Positions 55,993 to 63,788 of a DNA stretch of 64,000 nucleotides are shown here, piece by piece. Under the pieces are notes generated by a model that was not told the DNA's origin, made no database searches, and saw only the letters and a list, made by a program, of their open reading frames with translations. The DNA is taken from the NCBI GenBank assembly GCA_035604635.1, contig DATNIC010000003.1, forward strand, positions 22,028 to 86,027, written 5' to 3'. How positions within the stretch are numbered: position 1 is the stretch's first letter; each line of letters opens with the position of its first letter. Made by a program: the position numbers and the translations under genes. This stretch comes from Candidatus Binatia bacterium (GTDB taxonomy: Bacteria > Vulcanimicrobiota > Vulcanimicrobiia > Vulcanimicrobiales > Vulcanimicrobiaceae).

Positions 55993-56298
55993 ATGAATCA
56001 AGCCCAGATGATGGCGCAGCTGCGCAAGATGCAAGAGGCGATGACGAAGGCGCAGGATGAGCTCGCCAATACCGTCGTGGCCGGGAATGCGTCGGCAGAT
56101 TTGGTCCAAGTCGAGATGACCGGCGATTTTCGCGTGAAGTCGGTCAAGATCGGCAAGGACGCCGTCGACCCGGAGGACGTCGAGACGCTGGAAGATCTGC
56201 TCGTCGTCGCATTCAACGACGCGCTCGCGAAAGTACAAGAACTCTCGAGCAAGAAGCTCGGTGGGATCACGGGCGGGCTGAAGATACCCGGGATGTGA
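55993..56298 (+). CDS. ybaB: Nucleoid-associated protein YbaB/EbfC
   Basis: ORF 55936..56298; start at ATG 55993 (MNQAQMMAQLRKMQEAMTKAQDEL...). Typical ~100-aa YbaB between dnaX and recR. Confidence 0.92.
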   Translation: MNQAQMMAQLRKMQEAMTKAQDELANTVVAGNASADLVQVEMTGDFRVKSVKIGKDAVDPEDVETLEDLLVVAFNDALAKVQELSSKKLGGITGGLKIPGM

Positions 56299-56299
56299 C

Positions 56300-56905
56300 A
56301 TTATCAAGACTCCCAATCCGGTTCAGGCGCTGATCAACGAGTTCAGCAAGCTCCCGACTGTCGGGCCGAAGACGGCGGCGCGTCTGGTCTTTCATCTGCT
56401 CAACCGGCCGCGCTCGGACGCGCAGTTGCTGGCCGATGCGATCATCGCGCTCAAAGAGCGCGTGCGCCTGTGCTCGCGTTGCTTTTCGATCACCGAAGAC
56501 GACCCGTGCGCATTTTGCACCGACGAGCGCCGCGACGCGAGCCTGCTCTGCGTCGTCGCCGAAGCGAAGGACATCTTCGCTCTCGAGCGGACGTCGGCGT
56601 ATCGCGGACGCTATCACGTCCTGGGCGGCTTGATCTCACCGATGGACGGGATCGGTCCCGCACAGCTGCGCGTCAAAGAATTGATCGATCGGATCGGGAG
56701 CGACCAGCCGGGCGAAGTGGTGATCGCGACCAATCCCAACGCTGAGGGCGAGGCGACGGCGCTCTATCTCTCGCGCTTGATCGCACCGAGCGGCGTCAAG
56801 GTCACGCGCCTCGCCTACGGTTTGCCGATCGGCGGCGATCTCGACTACGCCGACGAAGTAACCTTGGCTAAAGCACTCGAAGGCCGCCAGCAGCTAGCGA
56901 GTTAG
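56300..56905 (+). CDS. recR: Recombination protein RecR; start codon unresolved
   Basis: ORF 56426..56905 (TTG) lacks the HhH domain. The same frame upstream (open from 56282) encodes IIKTPNPVQALINEFSKLPTVGPKTAARLVFHLLNRPRSDAQ with no ATG/GTG/TTG. ATT 56300 gives a 201-aa protein matching RecR length. C4 zinc finger CSRC...CAFC and a Toprim domain are present. Confidence 0.88.
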   Translation: MIKTPNPVQALINEFSKLPTVGPKTAARLVFHLLNRPRSDAQLLADAIIALKERVRLCSRCFSITEDDPCAFCTDERRDASLLCVVAEAKDIFALERTSAYRGRYHVLGGLISPMDGIGPAQLRVKELIDRIGSDQPGEVVIATNPNAEGEATALYLSRLIAPSGVKVTRLAYGLPIGGDLDYADEVTLAKALEGRQQLAS

Positions 56906-57697
56906 ATGAGCATAAAACGCGTAACGGCGGGCGAGATCCGCAAGCGCAAGTCCGAACCCTTTGCGGTCATGACGGCATACGACGCCGCGTTCGCGCACAT
57001 CGCGGAAGCCGCCGGTATCGACGTCTTACTCGTCGGCGACTCGCTCGGCATGGTCGTGCTCGGATACAACGACACCACCGCGGTCGATCTCGTCGACATC
57101 GTGCGTCACACCGGCGCCGTCGCGCGCGCTACGAAACGCGCGCATATCATCGCCGATTTGCCGTTCGGATCGTATCAGGCCAGCGACGCGGATGCCGTGC
57201 GGAGCGCGATTGCCGCCGTCAAAGCCGGAGCGAGTTCCGTCAAGCTCGAGGGGACCGAGGCGATGGTGCCGCGCGTGCGCGCGATCGTCGGCGCGGGTAT
57301 ACCCGTGATGGCGCACATCGGCGTACAGCCGCAAACCGCGGCGCTCGAGACCGGCTATCGCAAGCAGCGCGATGTCGATGCGCTCTTGCGCGACGCGCGC
57401 GCCCATGCTGCGGCCGGAGCCTACGGTTTACTGCTCGAGATGGTCGACGATGCCGCCGCCGCCGAGGTGACGGCCAAACTTCCGATCCCGACCGTGGGCA
57501 TCGGCGCCGGCCCGTCGTGCGACGGGCAAGTCCTCGTCCTGCACGACGTTCTGGGGCTCTACCCGGATCCGCCGTCCTTCGTGCGGCAGTACGCCGATCT
57601 CGCGACGATCGCGACCGACGCGCTGCGCCATTATGCGGAAGACGTGCGGACGCGACGGTTCCCCGGGAGCGCTATCTCTTCCGTAATCGGTCGATGA
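56906..57697 (+). CDS. panB: 3-methyl-2-oxobutanoate hydroxymethyltransferase
   Basis: ORF 263 aa. Motifs MTAYDA, LLVGDSLGMVVLGY, KLEG, GHIGL-type (AHIGVQPQ). Confidence 0.92.
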   Translation: MSIKRVTAGEIRKRKSEPFAVMTAYDAAFAHIAEAAGIDVLLVGDSLGMVVLGYNDTTAVDLVDIVRHTGAVARATKRAHIIADLPFGSYQASDADAVRSAIAAVKAGASSVKLEGTEAMVPRVRAIVGAGIPVMAHIGVQPQTAALETGYRKQRDVDALLRDARAHAAAGAYGLLLEMVDDAAAAEVTAKLPIPTVGIGAGPSCDGQVLVLHDVLGLYPDPPSFVRQYADLATIATDALRHYAEDVRTRRFPGSAISSVIGR

Positions 57698-58649
57698 GAT
57701 CGCGCGCGAACTGCATCGCCGTCGACTTCGCCTCTTCGTAGAGTTTCGCGGCATCGGCGCGGCTCATATGCCGCCCATGTTGATAAAAGAAGTTGACGCT
57801 CTCGCCGACGACCATCGTCCCCGCGTACGCTATGGCGCCCTTGAGCAGCACGCCTGCGACGGGGACGAAGCCCGTCAATTCCCGGGATAGCGCGCGCCAG
57901 CCGAAACCGCCGCCGACGACCGGGAGCAGCTCCCAAACGTGCGACATCTCGGGGTCGCGACCGTATGCGGCGCCGATCTGCATCGTGAGCATCGTCTGGA
58001 TCCCCGTAATTGCGATCATGTCTCCGGCCGATGCGACGGCGCCGACGACGAACCCCAAGACGGGGATGTGGTCGACGAGCCCGCTCGCCATGGCGACTTT
58101 GAGCGAGTTCGATGCGGCGTCACGCGTCAGCTTAGCCGCCACCGCATCGCGAAACGCAGGCAAACGGCGCGCGACGGCGATCTCGTGCCCTTTGCAACAA
58201 TCGACGACGTGCGGGATAACCTTCGGCCGCAGAGCATCGCGATCGAGCGCCGGGACGATGTAGTGTTCGATCTTGCCGCGCTCGGGCGCCGAGCCCGGCC
58301 CCGCCGGCTGCGCTTGGGGATCGACGGTGATCGCGAAGATCGGCACGCGTAGGGGGGTCAGGACGTCGAGGCGCGCCCCGGCGGCGTCGTTGCCGCGACC
58401 CAAAAACAGGATGCACTTCGCGTCCTCGACGAGGATCGTCCGTCCGGCGGAGATGTCGATTGTTTCGAGCGTCGCAGCCGCGTCGAGCGGGACGAATCCG
58501 TCGTGCCCCGCAAGGAACGTCCGGCGCAGCTCGGAGACCAGCGCCGGGTCGCCGCATAGTAAGAACCGGAACGGCTTGCGGCTCTGCGCGTTGACCGCCC
58601 GAGTGTCGACGCCGGTCTTGAGTAAGCGGAAGACGTGAGCCGAACTCAT
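57672..58649 (-). CDS. DUF697 domain protein with degenerate N-terminal GTPase-like region
   Basis: ORF 325 aa. C-terminal DUF697-like segment (LVDHIPVLGFVVGAVASAGDMIAITGIQTMLTMQIGAAYGRD). No intact P-loop seen in the N-terminal half. 3' end overlaps panB by 26 nt (convergent). Confidence 0.6.
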   Translation of the reverse strand: MSSAHVFRLLKTGVDTRAVNAQSRKPFRFLLCGDPALVSELRRTFLAGHDGFVPLDAAATLETIDISAGRTILVEDAKCILFLGRGNDAAGARLDVLTPLRVPIFAITVDPQAQPAGPGSAPERGKIEHYIVPALDRDALRPKVIPHVVDCCKGHEIAVARRLPAFRDAVAAKLTRDAASNSLKVAMASGLVDHIPVLGFVVGAVASAGDMIAITGIQTMLTMQIGAAYGRDPEMSHVWELLPVVGGGFGWRALSRELTGFVPVAGVLLKGAIAYAGTMVVGESVNFFYQHGRHMSRADAAKLYEEAKSTAMQFARDLIDRLRKR

Positions 58650-58652
58650 CGC

Positions 58653-60662
58653 TTAGCCCGACGCATGCGCTTCTTTTTCGGGATCGTCCACGTAGTCGAG
58701 GTAGATCAGCCCCAAGAAGATCTCGAGTGAGAGCGCTCGTACGCCGCGTTCCCTCGCGACGTCGACGATCGAGGTGCGCTCGGCTTTGGCCTGCTGCACG
58801 ATCGCTTCGGTCGTTGCGTTCGTGTCTGCGGCGACGATCGCCGCCGCGGCCATCTCTCCGGGCGAGAGGCCATCGCGAACGAGACTCGCGGAGTCGAGCG
58901 AGAGGCCATTCCAGCGCTCGTCGATCGCGTATTGCAACGTCTGGTATCGATTTTGCGGGTACCCCAAACCCAGCATGGTAATGCGGGTCTCCAACTGCCG
59001 CGCACGCGCCATGTTGTATGTCTGCCATGCCTGCTGCGCAGCGCTTGCCGCTTTGTCGAGCGACTCGAGCGCCGCCTGCATCACGGGCTGGACGGCGCGC
59101 GAATCGACTTGCGAGATGTCGCCGGAATAGTCGAGCTGAGAATGCATCAACTGCCGGAGCGCGCGGTCGGCGTCGCCGATCCCGCCGTCGAGAAGGGCGA
59201 GCGCGCCGCGCGCGGCGTCGATGGCATGGATGCTATCCGCATCCGTCGCCCGCAGCTCCGCGAGCATTCGCGGATAGTACGGTAGCGTGGAGAGCGACTG
59301 CGGCGGGATCGGGTCGAGCCCCAGCGGCGCGGCAAGGTCGGCGTAGATGTCGCGGTCTTCTTTCAAAATGCCGCCTTCCTTGTTCTTCTCCAGCGAGCCG
59401 ACGCCGCCGATCACCTCCGTCGACTTTTCGACCGCGGCGTTGATCGCGCGCGACATCGCATTCAAGTCGACGACGACCTGCGCGAGCCGTCCGCCGGGCC
59501 GCGCCTGCACGTTGCTCAAGTTCGGTGCTTCGGCCGCAAGCGATTGCAGGCGCCCCGTGATCGCCTTGATCTGATCTTGTGCGGCCTTGCGGCGGGCCGC
59601 GAGGCTTGCCGCCTCTTGCGTCTCGAACGTTTGTCCGTCGGCGACCTGTTGCTGGATCGGTCCGACGTCGGGGCGGATGTACGTAAAGCGGCTTTGGCCC
59701 TCGTGCAACGCGCTGGTCTCGTTGAGCGCGACGACCCGCGTCTCGACGGGCCCCGCAGTGGCGGCCTGGGCGAGTGTTTGCTCGCCCTTGTTCGGCTGAC
59801 CGAGCGCCAGCTGCATCTCGCCTTCGTGCAAGAGCGCGACGGGGTTGTTCGGGTCCAGCTTCAGGACCGCAGCGTACTTCATGTTCGCGCTGCTGTAGCG
59901 CGCTTCGTCCTGATCGTGCTGAGCCTGCACCAAGAGCTGATCCGCCGTCCGCTTCTTCGTGTCGAGTTGAGTGCTCGCAAGCAGGCGCCCGATGCGCACC
60001 GGCTCTCCGGGATGGTCGGCGAAATATTTGTCGACGAGCGAGGAATGTTCGCGGTGCGTCGCCTCGAGATGGCGCATGAAAGTGACCATCGCGTCGGGAT
60101 CGTAGCCTGCGCGCGACATCAAGAGCAGGCCGTATGCGTCGGCTTGCAACTCGTCGTCGCGCTGCATCCTGGCGACGATCCCGGCCTCGGCGAGCTGGCC
60201 GAAACGGTAGACGAACGGCGAGAACAGCGAGCCGATTCCAAAGAGGATGTTCAGGATGGTCGTCCGGTTGTTGAGCGTGACGACGTGGCGACGCTCGATA
60301 TGACCCGTCTCGTGTCCGATCACGCCCGCGAGCTCGTCGTCCGACTGCACGAAATCGAGCAAGCCCTCGTCGAGGTAAACATATCCGCCGACCGTGCTGA
60401 ACGCGTTGACCTCGCCCGCTTCGAGAATCTTGAGGTTGTAAGGGACGTCCTTGCGCGCGACCTGGGTCCAGAGCTTTTGGGCGATGCCGTTCGCCCACGC
60501 ATTTTCGAGCGGATCGGTGACCACGGTGTTTTGCGAGGTCACTTGCCGGTCGTAGTCCTTGCCCATCTGAATTTCTTGGGCGGTCGACGTGGCTCGGGCC
60601 GGTGCCGGGATGCTGGCACACACGAATGCGAGGATGAGGACGAACGGAGTGAAGCGACGCAT
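58653..60662 (-). CDS. Secreted M48-family Zn metalloprotease, BepA-like (TPR), with ~400-aa uncharacterised C-terminal extension
   Basis: C-terminal 669 codons of ORF 58653..61070, from ATG 60662 (MRRFTPFVLILAFVCASIPAPARA signal peptide). HETGHIERRH (HExxH) and ELQADAYG. TPR-like region (ARYSSANMKYAAVLKLDPNNPVALLHEGEMQLALGQ). Confidence 0.8.
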   Translation of the reverse strand: MRRFTPFVLILAFVCASIPAPARATSTAQEIQMGKDYDRQVTSQNTVVTDPLENAWANGIAQKLWTQVARKDVPYNLKILEAGEVNAFSTVGGYVYLDEGLLDFVQSDDELAGVIGHETGHIERRHVVTLNNRTTILNILFGIGSLFSPFVYRFGQLAEAGIVARMQRDDELQADAYGLLLMSRAGYDPDAMVTFMRHLEATHREHSSLVDKYFADHPGEPVRIGRLLASTQLDTKKRTADQLLVQAQHDQDEARYSSANMKYAAVLKLDPNNPVALLHEGEMQLALGQPNKGEQTLAQAATAGPVETRVVALNETSALHEGQSRFTYIRPDVGPIQQQVADGQTFETQEAASLAARRKAAQDQIKAITGRLQSLAAEAPNLSNVQARPGGRLAQVVVDLNAMSRAINAAVEKSTEVIGGVGSLEKNKEGGILKEDRDIYADLAAPLGLDPIPPQSLSTLPYYPRMLAELRATDADSIHAIDAARGALALLDGGIGDADRALRQLMHSQLDYSGDISQVDSRAVQPVMQAALESLDKAASAAQQAWQTYNMARARQLETRITMLGLGYPQNRYQTLQYAIDERWNGLSLDSASLVRDGLSPGEMAAAAIVAADTNATTEAIVQQAKAERTSIVDVARERGVRALSLEIFLGLIYLDYVDDPEKEAHASG

Positions 60663-60770
60663 CGATACGTTTTCTCGCGGGGCGGCCTCCGCGCAGGGGC
60701 GCGGATGGCGGACTACGGGCGTTTTGTCGTGTTCGACGGGTCTGCGCGAGCCCATTCGGCTCGGTTGGGT

Positions 60771-60821
60771 TGTGGATTGAGCGTGAGCAGGCTGTGGATA
60801 ACCTCTTGTTTCTGTGGAGGA
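60771..60821 (+). promoter_or_regulatory. Array of three same-orientation DnaA-box-like motifs upstream of minC
   Basis: TGTGGATTG 60771-60779, TGTGGATAA 60793-60801 (perfect consensus), TGTGGAGGA 60813-60821 (overlaps the minC SD). Spacing is 22 and 20 nt. Confidence 0.45.
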
Positions 60822-60829
60822 GCACGCCC

Positions 60830-61594
60830 GTGATGCTGTTGCGCGGGAAAGGGCAGGGGCTCGAGATCGGCTGCAGCGATCGCGACGTCGCGACGGTTTG
60901 CGCAGACCTGCGTGCGCGGCTGACCGCCCAGCCGGATTTCTACCGGGGCAGTCGCGCGCGCGCCGTCTTCGGGGAATCGCTGCCGGCCGAGGCCGATCTG
61001 GCGATGCTGCGCGACTGCTTGGCGGAGTTTGAAATCGTCTTGGACGGGGTGGCCTTGGCCGAGCCCGCACCCGAGCTGCCGCTCTCCGAATCGGCGCGCT
61101 CGCTTGCCGCCGACTTTGCCGGCGCCCGCGCCGATCTCGCGGCGCGGCGCCTCAAGCGCACGCGCGCGGGCGGAGCACGCATCGAGGCGGTCCCCGCGAT
61201 CGATCGCCCCGCCGCCGCCGCAGGGGCGTTCCCGTCGGCGACGCTCTACCACCGCGGGACCTTGCGCGGCGGTCAGGCGCTGCATCACTTGGGAAACATC
61301 GTCGTCGTGGGCGACGTCAACCCGGGCGCTGAGCTCGTCGCGAGCGGCGATATCGTCGTCTTCGGTGCCTTGCGGGGCGTCGCGCATGCCGGCGCGCAGG
61401 GCGACGCGACGGCCAGAGTCATCGCGCTCGAGCTAGCGCCCACGCAATTGCGCATCGCGACCGTCATCGCCGCCGGGGAGGAAGAGCCGCGCGGTGGGCG
61501 CGGGAGCGCCGAGCACGCGGTCGTTCAAGATGGTCGCATCATCATCGTCCCGCACGAACGTGCGGAAAACATCCCGCGGGAGGTCGTCAACTGA
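60830..61594 (+). CDS. minC: Septum site-determining protein MinC
   Basis: ORF 60770..61594. Start at GTG 60830 (GGAGG 9 nt upstream) or ATG 60833. C-terminal beta-helix GNIVVVGDVNPGAELVASGDIVVFGALRGVAHAG. Confidence 0.88.
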   Translation: MMLLRGKGQGLEIGCSDRDVATVCADLRARLTAQPDFYRGSRARAVFGESLPAEADLAMLRDCLAEFEIVLDGVALAEPAPELPLSESARSLAADFAGARADLAARRLKRTRAGGARIEAVPAIDRPAAAAGAFPSATLYHRGTLRGGQALHHLGNIVVVGDVNPGAELVASGDIVVFGALRGVAHAGAQGDATARVIALELAPTQLRIATVIAAGEEEPRGGRGSAEHAVVQDGRIIIVPHERAENIPREVVN

Positions 61595-62382
61595 GCGCAC
61601 GCAAGATCGTCGTCACGTCCGGGAAAGGCGGCGTCGGCAAGACGACGACGACCGCCAATCTCGGCGCAGCCCTCGCCAAACAGCACAAGCGCGTCATCTT
61701 GATCGACGCCGATATCGGTCTGCGCAACCTCGACCTCGTCATGGGGATAGAGAAGCGGATCGTGTTCGATCTCGTCGAGGTCGTCGAAGGGCGCTGCCAG
61801 CTGCGCCAGGCGCTGATCAAGGACAAGCGCTTCGATTCGCTCTCGGTCGTCCCGGCCGCGCAGACGCGTGACAAGCAATCTGTCAGCGAAGAGCAGATGA
61901 CGCAGCTCGTCGCCGAGCTCGCTGAATGGTGCGACTACGTTTTGATCGATTGCCCCGCCGGGATCGAACACGGCTTTCGCAACGCCATTGCCGGCGCGAG
62001 CGAAGCGATCATCGTGACGACCCCCGAGGTCAGCGCAATTCGTGACGCGGATCGCGTCATTGGAAAACTGAACGAACGTAACCAGCCGGTCCGCTTGATC
62101 ATCAACCGGATTCGGCCCGACATGGTTCGCATGGGCGACATGATGTCGGTCGACGATGTTTGCGACATCCTCTCGGCCGAACTGTTGGGCATCGTCCCCG
62201 ACGACGAGGAAGTGATCGATACGACCAATCGCGGCGAGCCGGTCGTCCTCGATCCTACGAACCGGCTCGCGCTCATCTATCACAAGATCGCGCGGCGTCT
62301 CGAAGGCGAGCTCGTTCCGTTCACTAATTTGGCGGCGCCGAGTCTGTTCGAGCGGATCTTCGGCACCTGGAAGGCAGGCTAA
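61591..62382 (+). CDS. minD: Septum site-determining ATPase MinD, copy 1; probable CTG start
   Basis: ORF 61699..62382 (TTG) starts after the Walker A. The same frame upstream encodes LSARKIVVTSGKGGVGKTTTTANLGAALAKQHKRVI. CTG 61591 overlaps the minC TGA (CTGA) and lies 7 nt after GGGAGG (61578-61583). C-terminal amphipathic helix SLFERIFGTWK. Confidence 0.88.
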   Translation: MSARKIVVTSGKGGVGKTTTTANLGAALAKQHKRVILIDADIGLRNLDLVMGIEKRIVFDLVEVVEGRCQLRQALIKDKRFDSLSVVPAAQTRDKQSVSEEQMTQLVAELAEWCDYVLIDCPAGIEHGFRNAIAGASEAIIVTTPEVSAIRDADRVIGKLNERNQPVRLIINRIRPDMVRMGDMMSVDDVCDILSAELLGIVPDDEEVIDTTNRGEPVVLDPTNRLALIYHKIARRLEGELVPFTNLAAPSLFERIFGTWKAG

Positions 62383-62385
62383 GCG

Positions 62386-63240
62386 ATGTTACAACCGCAG
62401 GAAATCCCGCAAGAAGCGCCGGGCGCCGAGCCGCAAGCGGCGAAGGCCGCGATCCGAGGACGGGCGATCGTCGTCACGTCGGGCAAGGGCGGCGTCGGGA
62501 AGACGACGACGACGGCCAACGTCGGTGCAGCGCTCGCGCAGCGTGGCGCCAAGGTGGCGCTCATCGACGCGGACGTCGGCCTGCGCAATCTCGACATCGT
62601 CCTTGGGCTAGAAAATCGCGTCCGTTACCACTTGCTCGACGTTCTCGAATCGAAGGTCCCGCTGGACGACGCGCTCGTGACGGATAAACGCGTCGCGACG
62701 CTCTCACTCTTGCCGGCGGCGCAATCACGCGAGAAAGACGAGGTCGATACGGAGCTCATGCGCGCACTCGTCGAGCAATTGCGTGAACGGTTCGATTATG
62801 TCATCGTTGATTCGCCCGCCGGGATCGAGAAGGGCTTCATCAACGCGGTCGTCGGTGCCCAGGAAGCGATCATCGTTTGCACGCCCGAGGTCAGCTCGGT
62901 CCGGGACGCCGACCGCGTCGTCGGACTCCTCGGAAACCGCTTTTCGCCGCAATTGATCGTCAACCGCGTCCGGCCCGGGCTCGTCAAGCGCGGGAAGATG
63001 CTCTCGGTCGACGACGTCAACGGGATCTTGCGCTTGCCCCTGCTCGGCGTTCTCGGAGACGAAGCCGACGTCATCGTCTCGACGAACCGCGGCGAGCCGG
63101 TCGTCTTCGATCCAAACTCGCGCACCGGAAACGCGTACCGGACGATCGCCGCGCGCATCGCCGGCGACGACGTCCCTATCCCTGCGCCGCCGGCCGAGGA
63201 AGGCTTCATGGGCAAGCTCGGCGCGCTGTTCCGTATTTAG
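62386..63240 (+). CDS. minD: Septum site-determining ATPase MinD, copy 2 (paralog with 27-aa N-terminal extension)
   Basis: ORF 284 aa. Walker A TSGKGGVGKTTTTANVG. Collinear with copy 1 over its whole length, with roughly half or more residues identical by eye. C-terminal amphipathic helix GFMGKLGALFRI. Confidence 0.88.
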   Translation: MLQPQEIPQEAPGAEPQAAKAAIRGRAIVVTSGKGGVGKTTTTANVGAALAQRGAKVALIDADVGLRNLDIVLGLENRVRYHLLDVLESKVPLDDALVTDKRVATLSLLPAAQSREKDEVDTELMRALVEQLRERFDYVIVDSPAGIEKGFINAVVGAQEAIIVCTPEVSSVRDADRVVGLLGNRFSPQLIVNRVRPGLVKRGKMLSVDDVNGILRLPLLGVLGDEADVIVSTNRGEPVVFDPNSRTGNAYRTIAARIAGDDVPIPAPPAEEGFMGKLGALFRI

Positions 63241-63258
63241 CCGGAGGGCACCCTAGAG

Positions 63259-63708
63259 ATGTTCGATTTTCTGTCCCGGTTCTTCAAACCCCAGGGCTCG
63301 AGCGAGACTGCGAAGGAGCGCTTGCGCCTCGTGTTGCTCTCCGATCATTTGCAGCTTGCACCCGACGTCGTCGAGGCACTCAAGTACGATTTGATCGCGG
63401 TGATCTCCAAGTACGTCGAGGTCGACGTCGAGAGCTGCGAGGTGACGTTCGAACAGCAGGACCGCACCGTCCTGATGCTCGCGAACATCCCGATCGTCTC
63501 GATGAAGGTGCGGACGCTTGACCAGCCGGCCGAGCCCGAACCGATCGTCCTCGGCGAGCCCGAACTCGAGGTTCAGCCGGCGACCGTAACGTCACACGCC
63601 CATGCCGCAGCACCACGCCGCCGCCGCCGCCGGCGCAAGAGGTTGGGCGCTGGATCCGATAATAAGCAACATGCTGTTACGGGCCCCCTCGGGGAATCGT
63701 CAAACTAG
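63259..63708 (+). CDS. minE: Cell division topological specificity factor MinE with ~60-aa C-terminal extension
   Basis: ORF 149 aa; GGAGGG 10 nt upstream. MinE core MFDFLSRFFKP...AKERLRLVLLSDH...VISKYVEV. Tail contains RRRRRRRKR. The last 12 codons and the stop lie inside repeat copy F. Confidence 0.88.
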   Translation: MFDFLSRFFKPQGSSETAKERLRLVLLSDHLQLAPDVVEALKYDLIAVISKYVEVDVESCEVTFEQQDRTVLMLANIPIVSMKVRTLDQPAEPEPIVLGEPELEVQPATVTSHAHAAAPRRRRRRRKRLGAGSDNKQHAVTGPLGESSN

Positions 63709-63783
63709 CTCGACGCTGAGGGGCCCGAAAGTCGGGGGGCCCCACGCGAAGCGTGGGGGGCGCGGAGCCTGGGGCGTAGCGCC
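63671..63783 (+). repeat. Structured GC-rich repeat, copy F (overlaps the minE 3' end, immediately 5' of rodA)
   Basis: ATGCTGTTACGGGCCCCCTCGGGGAATCG...GAGGGGCCCG...GGGGGGCCCCACGCGAAGCGTGGGGGGCGCGGAGCCTGGGGCGTAGCGCC, then TTAAA-ATG (rodA). Confidence 0.9.
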
Positions 63784-63788
63784 TTAAA

